Assembly (NCBI GenBank): GCA_008632985.1
Contig: QPGO01000045.1
Location: 496,001-536,042, forward strand
Source: Psammoneis japonica
Lineage: Eukaryota
DNA: 40,042 nucleotides
Direction: 5' to 3'
The translations under genes and the position numbers were made by a program. The notes below the pieces were generated by a model. That model was given only the letters and a program-made list of their open reading frames with translations. It searched no databases and was not told where the DNA came from. Below, piece after piece: positions 24,760 to 34,499 of the stretch (positions within the stretch are counted from its first letter, which is position 1; every line of letters begins with the position of its first letter).

Positions 24760-25450
24760 CAAGACAGCAGAGGGACGTGGTTGCAAGTGTTGGAAGGGGG
24801 GGGGGGATTTGCATTTGGTGGCTGTGACTCAGCATGTGTGGCAAGAACATGGAGGGGGTCAAGCGGACAAAGAGAGGCACAAAAATGCAAAGTGTTTTGT
24901 GTGCTTTCTGTCTGTCATGGATTGATGAAAGGGGGTGGGGTTGTGTGTGGTGGGAGGAGTGGCTTGAACCCCAATTGGATGGAAGAAGCCCTTTGGGCCG
25001 AGGTTTGTGTTGACAAGATGGCAAAGGCACGTGGTTGCAGGTGTTGGCAGGGGGGGGGGGATTTGCATGGCCAGTTTGGGGGCTGTGACTCTAGAGCATC
25101 TGGGGCAAGAAAGTGGAGAGTGTTGAGTGGGTGAACAGGGGCAAAAAAATGCAATGTGGTCTGTGTGCTTCATGTCATGGACACATGGAAAGGGGTGTGG
25201 TTGTGTGTGGTGGGAAGTGCGGCTTGAACCCCAATGGGATGGAAGAAGACATTTTGGTCACAGGATGAGTTGACACAATGGCAAAGAGGTGCAGTTGTGA
25301 TTGTCGGGGGGGGGGATTTGCACAGCCAGTTTGGGGGCTGTGACTCAGGAACATCTGTGGCAAAAAGGTGGAGGGTGTCATGTGGACAAACAGGGGTGCA
25401 GAAATGCAGTGTGTTCCATGTTCTTCATGTCTGTCTTGGATGGTGTGGGG
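24760..25450. repeat. Diverged tandem repeat, ~255-bp unit x~2.7, with poly-G
   Basis: G9-11 followed by ATTTGCA..GGCTGTGACTC near 24796, 25050 and 25306; GGCTTGAACCCCAAT occurs twice. Confidence 0.8.
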
Positions 25451-27290
25451 CATGGTTGTGCATGATGGGAGGAGCAGCTTTGTGAGGGGGGTCTGACACA
25501 GGCTTTCAGGCTCAAGATTGCGTTTTTGAAGAAGGCAAAGGTGACAAGCAGGGGTCAGAAAAGCGTTTGCATGACATTGAAAACATGGATGTGTCATGTG
25601 ACAGCCCCAAATGACACTGGCGGGTCAAAGAAAAAGCTGGAAAAAGAGTGAGTGGGTCAAAAGGCAATGACTTGCTCAGCCAAGTGCTTGTTTGCTGTGT
25701 TGAGCAGGTTTGAGCCTTTGGGGAACAAGCAGGGGCAAGGAAAGTTTCTGTGTGAAAGTGGAGTGGCACGTGGAGATTTGGCAATGGATGTTGCATGAAA
25801 GTTGTTTGAAACAGAGCAAGATGGTTGAAGTGAACTCAGACAACAGAAGAAAAAAGAACAGGAAATGTTTGATGAACCAAACAAGATGTAAAATGCATGT
25901 GCAAATTGCGCGGATTTGTTCTGAATTTTTTGCAAGTGTTTGTTGTTGTTGAAGAACATGGATTGTGCAAGACATGTGAAAGTGGAAGTGTTGCAGATTG
26001 TGCAAAGATGAATGGATTTTTGTTTTGTTTTTGTTGGTGTTGAGAAACATGAATTGTGCAAGAGAAATGAAACTGAAATGAAGGTGATTGAGCTGATGGC
26101 AAATGAAGACAAGGAAAGGCTGGAATCAGCTTGTGCAAAGGCGGCAGTGTTGCTCAAGGTGTGGAATGCGATCCACCATGAAGAATGGTGGGGAATGACC
26201 CATCTGCTCCAACAGAAAAGAAGTCCAAATCCGAGCAAGTGGGGTGACCGGGGGGTGTGTTGTCACGCCAAAATCCAATCAACATGAAGCTGGAACGACC
26301 ACATTTGTCTGTGGTTGAGAGAGTGGCATGGAACTTGCCCCTGGACTTTTGGTTGATGACCTGCTTGCAGAGAAACAATGGACAGAAGCCATGTTTTCGT
26401 CCTTCCCTGACAACAGGGCTGTCCATGAAATTTTTGAAAATCCGCGCGTGCTTGTTTCAAAGAGTGAGCTTGAAATGCTCCCCACCAACTCCAATGCCAT
26501 TGTTGCCTGGAATGTGCTCAATGATGTTGTCATGGGCAGCTTTGTCTTCGTCAGCGAGAAGAAAACAAGGGATGAAAGCTGCAAGTTGCGCGCGCTTGTT
26601 GATGCCTCCATGATTGAGTTGGTTGAACCAAAAATGTGGGTGGAGTTGTTTCTGTCCATCCAGAAGGAGAGTCCACTCAAACTGCCCAGTGCGATTTTCA
26701 AGGGTGGGCTTGTTGTCATCAGAGATTGGAGTGGCGCTGAAAAAAAGATTCCTGGTGCATGTGTTGTTGACCATTTCACTGTCGTTCCCCACTGTGACCC
26801 AGTGTTGAATTCCTGGAATTTTGGGGACTCCAATGTTGGCAAGGTGAGACCCAAATGTTTGCTGGACAAGGGCGTTGAGACGAGCTTTGGCTGTGTCAAA
26901 TGCAACATTGAGAGTTGGCAGGCCACTGCTGGCAATGGTGGGGCGATGAGCAGGATTTAGAAGGGCTCAGTTGTCCATGATGGTGGAGACTTGGCCATTT
27001 TCTGTCCTGATGTTCTCATTGCACACAGCTGCTGACACTCCAAATGGATTGGTGGATGTGTTGCGGGCAAAACGGGCAAGAGACATGGCAGCAGGGGATG
27101 GTTCTTGCCATTGGTGCAAATGCCTTGCGCCACAACAGTCAAAGGACGTGGCACCTGAGTTGGAGAGGTTGTGGGATGAGGCAGATGTTGCTGATGCTGG
27201 GGAGGAACAGCAGAAAATTTGTGGGCTGTTTTTTGTTGCTTGGGAGGAGGCACAACAGCAAATCCTGGGTTGTGTTTTGGAAGGCCATGT

Positions 27291-27737
27291 GCAGCATGCA
27301 TGCAGACAAAAGGTTGTTTTTGTCATGCCCTTTGTGACATTTAAAGGCTGCAACACGTTGCAGCGACACATTGGCTCTTGTTGGCAGCTGCGCACTGCAC
27401 TCCTCCCCATGTGTCACGCGTCCATGCGGCTCTTTGCTGACGTGTGCTGACACTGCACAGTTTTGGTGGAACAGTGTGGGTGCGCACGAAGGAACACACA
27501 GAACTGCACAGAGTTTTGCACGTTCAACAGTGATCAACGTTGCTGCAGACAACTCCCACTCAGGGTTTCGAACCCCTGGCCTCCTGCCCAATGGTTGCGA
27601 TGAACCACTCCGCTGTGAATTCACAGCGCAGCATGCATGCAGACAAAAGGTTGTTTTTGTCAGGCCCTTTGTGACATTCAAAGGCTGCAACACGCCACCG
27701 TGATGCATCGACTCTTGTTGGCAGCTGCGTGTTGCAC
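27291..27737 (-). mobile_element. Family B tRNA-headed SINE-like element: one full 337-bp unit plus a partial tandem unit
   Basis: The minus strand begins with the palindrome CGCTGTGAATTCACAGCG, then an A-box-like [C]AGCGGAGTGGTT and a B-box GGGGTTCGAAACCC. The unit repeats at 27628 and again at 33322-34008. Confidence 0.6.
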
Positions 27738-28189
27738 ATGGTTGATGTGGTGAGTCTTGTTGGCCTGTTGCACTGAGGCGCGTTTGTGGGAAGGGGATGG
27801 AGGGTTGGGGTTGGCTGGAAGGGGTGCAGGAGGCTGAAGGTGTGGGGTGTTGACCTCGTCAACTTGTTTGTCATTGTTGTTGTTGACAATGGGAGTGCCT
27901 TCTGCAGCTTCATGTGGTTCGTTGGGCTGGAGATCTGATGCATGTCTCCGCTGTGGAGAGGGAGGAATGGGGTTTGGGGGCACAGTTGCAGGAGCCTCTG
28001 GCTGGGGGGTGTTGAGCTGCTTGTCCATGTTGGCGTCGGTCTTGGAAGAGGCAGAAGAGTCGTCCATGATGACACAAATGAGCTGTGAGGAGAGAAAGTG
28101 AGGTGCAAGCTGGGGAGAAATGAGTGCGGCAATGTTGAGGCGCGAAGGTGGGTGTGGCGACAGGCCAAGAAATGTGGCGAACAGTCCCG

Positions 28190-29470
28190 CGCCAGTCATT
28201 GTTGCTGGCATTGTTGCTGGCACTTGGCATTCTGGAGGTGCTGCAGGCAGCATTGTTGCTGGCATTGTCACACACAGCTGGTGTGAATGGCAGCATTGCC
28301 GCTGGCATTGCAGCTGGCATTGTTGTTTGCCTGTTGGTGACTTGCTGTGTTGGCAATGTTGGCGGCACTGTCGCTGATGTTGACACAGAGAAATGCACAG
28401 ACACAACATGTTTTTGGTGGGTGTGACAGTGTGTGGTGGGTGTTGGAGTCAGTTGAAAAAGTGAGCAGCTGTCCTGTGCTGGTCATTGTTGCTGGCATTG
28501 TTGCTGGCTGTTGCAGTTGATGTTGGGAGTGGAGCTGGCATTGTTGCTGGCATTGTGGCACATGACTCTGTGCAAGTCATTGCAGGTGGAGGTTGCCAGG
28601 AAACGGGCGTCAACGCTGGCATTGTTGCTGGCGCAAATGGTGTTGTCGCTGGCATTGTGGCACATGACTTTGTGCAGGTCATTGCAGGTGGCGTCGTTGC
28701 CAGGAAACGGGCGTCAATGCTGGCATTGTCACCGGTAAATGGCACCGTCGCTGGCATTGTGGCACATGACTCTGTGCAGGTCAGTGCATGTGGCATCGTT
28801 GCCAGCAAATGGGCGTCGACGCTGGCATTGTTCGCTGGCATTGCAAACGGCATTGTGCTGGCGTTGTTGCCAACAACAGGAGAAAAGTGGAGAGTCATGG
28901 AGGAAGTTTGTCTCCACGTTTGTGTGGGATGAAGTTTTCAACATGGCTGTCAATGTGATGAAATGCTCTTTGTTTGCAGCCTCCAAAGCAAATCTTGGAA
29001 GAATGTGTTGTTGCAAAAACTGCTGATCTTGACACTGTGAAGTGCGCCAACACAACGTGTTTGTGGTGGGTGTGACAGTGTGTGGTGGGGGTTGGAGTCA
29101 GTTGAACAAGTGGGGAGCCATCCTGTGCTGGTCATTGTTGTCGGCATTGTCGGCGGCTGTTGCAGTTGATGTTGGGAGTGCAGCTGGCGTTGTCGCTGGC
29201 ATTGTGGCGCGTGACTCTGCGCAGGTCATTGCAGGTGGCGTTGTTGCCATGAAACGGGCGTCAACGCTGGCATTGTCGCTGGTGCTGCAAATGGCATTGT
29301 TGCTGGCGTTGAGGCAGCATTGTGGCACATGACTCTGTGTGGGTCATTGCAAGTGGCGTCATTGCCAGGAAACGGGCATCGACGCTGGCATTGTCGCTGG
29401 CATTGCAAGTGGCATTGTCGCTGGTGTTGAGGCACAGTGATCTGTGGTGGTCTTTGTTGGCGGCACTGCA
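28190..29470. repeat. Complex minisatellite of GCTGGCATTGTT-like 12-mers with higher-order units
   Basis: Many GCTGGCATTGT[TGC] repeats, recurring GGCACATGACTCTGTGCAGGTCATTGCAGGTGG blocks, and a block at ~28400 repeated at ~29050. Confidence 0.85.
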
Positions 29471-29695
29471 GCTGGCAGGTGGCGCACATGATGGCATTGA
29501 CGCTGGCTCTGTGTTGAGAGCAGGACATGATGTTTGTTGTCTGGAGGTCATTGTGGCGGTGGATTGGTGCGATGAGCTGGGTTGTGGCTGCCACTGTTGG
29601 CGGCGCATGTCGCTGTGCGCGGCATTGTCGGCAGCGCATTCAAAATGACAATGTGGTGCAGATGTCCTCACAGCAGCTCAAAAAATGGAGCAAAG

Positions 29696-30143
29696 ATGTC
29701 TCAAAAAGAACGGTTTTGGGTTGAAGATGTGGGGGCTTCTGTGGAGTTGGTTGAAAGGCGATTTTTTAAAGTGGTCATCAAAGGAAGACCACAGCCCATG
29801 AGGCGAGCAAGAACAGGCAGGAGGCATTTTTGCAGCACATGTGAAAGTGAAATGGAATGTTTTCGTTCGTTGATCAAGGGGTGGATGAGGAAGCAAGCTG
29901 TGGAGAAGCCGATGTTCAAGGAGTGGGTGCGGCTGTCCATTGAAATGGAGCTTCGCCTGACCCACTCAGGCAGTCGTGAGCCAGACTTGGACAATCTTTG
30001 CAAATTTGTGATGGACTGTGCCAATGGACTGGTTTGCAATGACGACATTGATGTTGAAAAATCCACGCACGAAAGTTCAGCTGTGCTTCCAAGTCTGATG
30101 TTGGGAGCACCTTCTTTTTGGCGAAAAGAGTGGATCTTTAAAT
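29696..30143 (+). pseudogene. RusA-family Holliday junction resolvase pseudogene
   Basis: I.GRPQPMRRAR N-terminal motif and PDLDNLCKFVMDCANGLV[Y>C]NDD.DV, the RusA D..N..K...D.....DD signature. A probable 1-nt deletion lies near 30060 (alternative frame IHARKF), and a MITE is inserted at 30144. Confidence 0.8.
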
Positions 30144-30533
30144 GGCGCGTTCCAGGTCCAGGTGGGACCTCGCACTGCTGAACTGCGACATCGACAGTTT
30201 TTTGAATCACGTCGCATGTCGCGCACGCAGATTTCTGCATGGTTTTTTTGACATTTTGTGTCATTTTACGGTGCACTCATTGAGCGATCCGTCCAACAAC
30301 TTTTGACATTTTTTGTTGCAGCGCGATTCTGTGATGTCTTAAGAATCGCGCAAGGCAGGTGCATTTGCAAAAACGTCGAGTGGCAAGAGGCATGATTGTG
30401 CCACAAACTTGGCCGTTTGTTTGATGTTGAAGACAAATGTGTCCATTGATTAAATTCTCGCACTGCGGAGCTCGCACGTAGAATTCCAAGGGCCCAATGT
30501 CACACGGAGTCCCGCCCGGGGCTGGAGCGCGTC
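30144..30533 (-). mobile_element. MITE family A, copy 4 (390 bp, diverged interior, TSD AAAT)
   Basis: TIRs GGCGCGTTCCAGG..GGTGGGAC / GTCCCGCCCGGGGCTGGAGCGCGTC. AAAT lies at 30140-30143 and 30534-30537. Confidence 0.88.
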
Positions 30534-30764
30534 AAATTGCAGCGTGCGGAGTTGAGAAGGAAAGGGCACGTGCAAAGACAAGGTGAAAGCATCTTGTGAA
30601 CTCACCGCACATGAAAACACACAATTTGGTTTGCAAACTCATTGCAGAAATCTGCTTTTTAGACAACACGAAATGTGCACCGTCAGAGGTGCATGCAAAT
30701 GCACTGCAGCCGGGAAACAAGACATCCATGGACAAAAAAACATGGACAAAGTGACACTTCCAGA

Positions 30765-31225
30765 CAATTTTTGCATTGAGAATTTGCCAGGGAAATGACT
30801 CACCCACAGACAAAGCAACACAGACATTTTGACACTGCCAAACAACAATTTTGTGAGCAAATGGGGAGGGAAATGAAACACTCACAGACAAACTAACACA
30901 GACATTATAACACCGCCAAACAAAAATTTTGTGAGCAAATGGGGAGGGAAATGACACATCCATGGACAAAGTCACACAGACCTTAAGACACTGCCAAACA
31001 AAAAATTTTGTGAGCACATGGGGAGGGAAATGACACACCCACGGACAAACTAGCAAAGACAATTTGACACTGCCAAACAAAAATTTTGTGAGCACATGGG
31101 GAGGGAAATGACACAGCCACGGACAAACTAACAAAGACAAAATGACACCGCCAAACAAAAATTTTGTGAGCAAACAGGGAGGGGAAATGACACACCCACG
31201 GACAAACAAACACAGACAAACTGAC
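30765..31225. repeat. Tandem repeat, ~78-bp unit x~6
   Basis: GGGAAATGA..CAC..ACAAA..GACACTGCCAAACAA.AATTTTGTGAGCA recurs about every 78-79 bp. Confidence 0.9.
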
Positions 31226-31317
31226 ACAGAAGCTGTAAAAGCTCATAACCTAATTGAACAAGCCGAGAACTTTTAGGTCCATAACCCATTTGATGTAAAA
31301 GCTCATAACCTGTTTAA

Positions 31318-31365
31318 CACATGTGCAACACATGTGTGTGTGTGTGTGCACACATGCACACATGT
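31318..31365. repeat. CA/TG mosaic microsatellite, probably a decayed (TA)n
   Basis: CACATGTGCAACACATGTGTGTGTGTGTGTGCACACATGCACACATGT consists almost entirely of CA and TG dinucleotides. Confidence 0.6.
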
Positions 31366-31379
31366 TTCAGCTGCCAGCT

Positions 31380-31775
31380 GACGCGTTCCAGACGCAGGTG
31401 GGAATCCGTGTGACGTTGGGCCCGCAGAATTCTACGTGCGAGCTCCGCAGCAAAATTGTGCGGCAATTAGAGCGCCGATGTTCGCCAACAGAAAATGAGG
31501 CAATTTTGCGAACGCACAAACTCGCACATGATTGAAGCACATCGATTTTTGCTTGGCCAGCTGCGTTCTTCAGACATTGAAGAATGCAGCTGGCGCGTTG
31601 TTGTTTCTACAAGCGCGCCATGCAAAACGTCTGGGGCTTCGCAAAACAGCAAGTCTGGGCAATTTTTTTTAAACGCCGCACGTGGAAATGCACGTGCGAA
31701 ACATGCGACGGATGACAAAAATTGTTTGTGTCACACGCCAGCACTGCGAGCTCCCACCTGGGGCTGGAGCGCGTC
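31380..31775 (+). mobile_element. MITE family A, copy 5 (396 bp, TSD AGCT)
   Basis: GACGCGTTCCAG..CTGGAGCGCGTC, with AGCT at 31376-31379 and 31776-31779. Confidence 0.9.
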
Positions 31776-31777
31776 AG

Positions 31778-31838
31778 CTGAGCACCTGGCTGAGCACCTG
31801 ACTGAGCACCTGACTGAGCACCCAGCTGAGCACCCAAC
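31778..31838. repeat. 12-bp tandem repeat CTGAGCACC(TGG/TGA/CAG/CAA) x5
   Basis: Directly visible in the sequence. Confidence 0.85.
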
Positions 31839-32170
31839 TTGGGAAGCAGCAAGCAGCCACCAGCAAATGGCAGCCAACAGGTCGCCACTGGGGTTCAGCA
31901 CATGTGGCGCATTTGGGGTGGGAGGGTTTGGGTTTGGGTTGTGAGGTGGCGCGAAACGCTTCCGGTTGAACGACAGACCCCACCTGCCGCGCCAAATGGG
32001 CGCGCACCCGCACCCATTTCTCATCAACAGCCGACCTCATGACGCGCATTTGCCAAAGCGATCGACACAAATTTGCTCCTGTCAATGGACAGACCATGCC
32101 AAATGGGTGCGCACCCGCACCTGCTTCTCATCCACAGTCAAACTCAGGACAAGTCGCTGCACACATCGAA

Positions 32171-33321
32171 TCAGCCAAGCATTGTTCTCACATGTTGTGA
32201 CCAGCAGCGTGGCTGCAAGCAACACCCAAAACAAGTGACTGAGTGCCAAAATCGCCACAAACCTGAAAACAAAAAGTGGGCAATGAGTGTTGCGGGATTC
32301 ACAGCAGCACAGCCATTTTGAGACTGCGATGCTCCCCGCACACATTTTTGTGGTCGATGCATGTGCCCAACTGCCCAAACTTCATTTTTGTTGTTTTTTG
32401 TTCCACGGGTGGTTGTGCGTCTTTTTTTCTTTGACGAATTCGTTGGGGTCGGCGGTGGTTGTTCTGCTGTCATTCTTCCTGTCGGCGGCGTGTCCTTCTT
32501 TGGCTTGCTGGCGTTCTTCATTTTTTCCATTTCCTTTCTCTTTGCCTCCATTGCCTTCGCTCTTGCCGCCGCCTTCCCCCCTTTTCTTGTCTGCCTCAGT
32601 TCTCTTCCTCCTTGCCTGCTCCTTTCTTTCCTCCATTTCGGCCAGCGCCATCGCCCTGCGTTTCTTTGCGTCCATTTTTGTCTCACGATCCGGAGCTGCT
32701 CGAACAACTCTTTTCCTCACATTCTTGTTTGGCAGTTCAGACACTTTTGACGGGTTTCATCTTGGCTGAAACTTTGGCAGCAGCCACAGCACTTGAAGGG
32801 TCGTCATCATCTGACGCGCCAATCTCCGATTCAGAGGATGATTCAGAGGATGAGGAGACCAGATCCATTCTCAGCTGTCTTTTCCTTGCAGCGGAGCGCG
32901 GCACTTGGTTGATTCGATTCAGGAGGGAGCAACTGCTGTCGCTGTCACTCCCCGCTTGCAAGGGGTTCGTCGCTCGAATCTGTGCCACTCCCAGCCACAT
33001 CCATGTTTTGTTCGTCCTCTTCCACCTGTTGCTCAGGGTTTGCAGCAGACGGTTCCTCTTCATCTGCTTTGTCATTTCCTTGCCCCCCCTGTTGACGGTC
33101 GTTCTCCTCTGACATTCCCTCTCTGTCAGAAGTCGCTTTGTCATCTGGCGACTGGCCGGCGCCCCCATCGCCCCCCTCATCTGAACCATCTTTCTTTTGT
33201 TCTTCATCTTGAGGGGGCGCGCAATCTCCATCTTTGTCAGGGGTGTGATCGTCATCGTCATCATTGTCGTTGTTGTCGCGTGTTTTGTCCTCATCCTTCT
33301 CTGATGCCTCCTCCTCCTTCT
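32171..33321 (-). pseudogene. Low-complexity acidic then K/R/E-rich ORF remnant of unknown function
   Basis: Frameshifted ORFs: EEEASEKDEDK..DDDDD, SSSESSSESE and KRRAMALAEMEERKEQARRKR. Partly duplicated at 22241-22647. Confidence 0.35.
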
Positions 33322-34008
33322 GCAGCATGCGTGCAGACAAAAGGTCATTTGACGCGTTCCAGACGCAGGTGGGAATCCGTGTGACATTGGGCCCGCAGAC
33401 TTCTGCGTGCAAGCTCCGCAGCAAAATTGCGCGGCAATTAAAGCGCCAATGATCGCCAACAGAAAATGAGGCAATTTTGCGAACACACAAACTCGCACAT
33501 GATTGAAGTGCGCGCTGTTGTTTCCACAAATTCGCCATGTGAAACGTCTGGGGCTTCGCAAAACAGCGAGTCTGGACAATTTTTTTTAAACATCGCACGC
33601 AGAAATCTGCGTGCGAAACATGCGACGGATGACAAAAATTGTTGTTGTCACACGTCAGTGCTGCGAGCTCCCACCTGGGGCTGGAACGCGTCATTTTTGT
33701 CACGCCCTTTGTGACATTTAAAGGCTGCAACACGTTGCCGTGACACGTTGACTCTCATTGGCAGCTGTGTGCTGCACTCCTCCCCATGCATCGCGCATCC
33801 ACGCGGCTCTTTGCTGAAGTGTGCTGACACTGCATGGTTTTGGCAGAACAGTGTGGGTGCGTGCGAAGGAACATGCAGAGCTGCACAGAGTTTTGCGCGT
33901 TCGACAGTGGTCAACGTTGCTGCAGACAACTCCCACTCAGGGTTTCGAACCCCTGGCCTCCTGCCTGATGGTTGCGACAAACCACTCCGCTGTGAATTCA
34001 CAGCGCAG
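33322..34008 (-). mobile_element. Family B SINE-like copy interrupted by MITE copy 6
   Basis: Colinear with 27291-27631 after removing 33351-33696; palindrome at 33988-34005. Confidence 0.7.
33351..33692 (+). mobile_element. MITE family A, copy 6 (342 bp, internal deletion, TSD ATTT)
   Basis: TIRs are intact, with ATTT at 33347-33350 and 33693-33696. The empty site is visible in the family B copy near 27311. Confidence 0.92.
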
Positions 34009-34088
34009 TTTCGGATGATTCTGGTGGCTGAATTTTAACGGCACAGTCGTCAGACGTGCTGAACGAGCCTGCCACCGCAGCCCAGTTT
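34005..34088 (-). mobile_element. Short fragment of a related Gypsy protease region
   Basis: Matches 10396-10480 (W..VAGSFSTS.DC.VK...PE.SETA). Confidence 0.8.
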
Positions 34089-34317
34089 TGGCACGTTTCA
34101 CGTGGTGCTTGAGCTGACGGCATGACAGAGTGCCGAAGGTCGACAGTGACAGAGGTGTGAAAGACTCCCCAAAGCACCAGGACTGTGATGACACGAGCAC
34201 CAGCAGATGAGAAAGGTGAGAAGCAGATCTCAGAGAGATCTGCTCGTCCACCCAAATGGTCTGGCCATCATCCACATCCAGTCTGTCCATCATGCGACAG
34301 GCACAGACAGGCTGACA
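34089..34317 (-). repeat. Putative 3' LTR of the Copia element
   Basis: Begins TG right after the polypurine tract. The distal end is inferred from where Gypsy homology resumes; there is no second LTR to confirm it. Confidence 0.5.
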
Positions 34318-34499
34318 CCCTCCCCTGATCTGCAATGTCTCAACACAGAGAACAGTGCAGATCAAACCAAAGAACAGGGATGATGTGAGGAAAAAACAGA
34401 GAGACTGGACACAGGACATGAGAAGTGTCCATGCCCAACGCGCCATCAAACAAGAGGGCAATGCGCAGCAGGGAGGCCACCGCGGAAAAAAACATCAAC

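Noticed and set aside
27555..27625. Functional tRNA gene
   Set aside because: The anticodon and acceptor stems are poor and the sequence lies within a dispersed repeat, so it is treated as a SINE-like head.
30765..31225. CRISPR-like array
   Set aside because: Whole units repeat without unique spacers, there are no cas genes, and the context is eukaryotic.
31915..31945. Interstitial telomeric repeat (GGGTTT-like; also TTAGGG at 22648)
   Set aside because: Only one to three imperfect units, too short to support.
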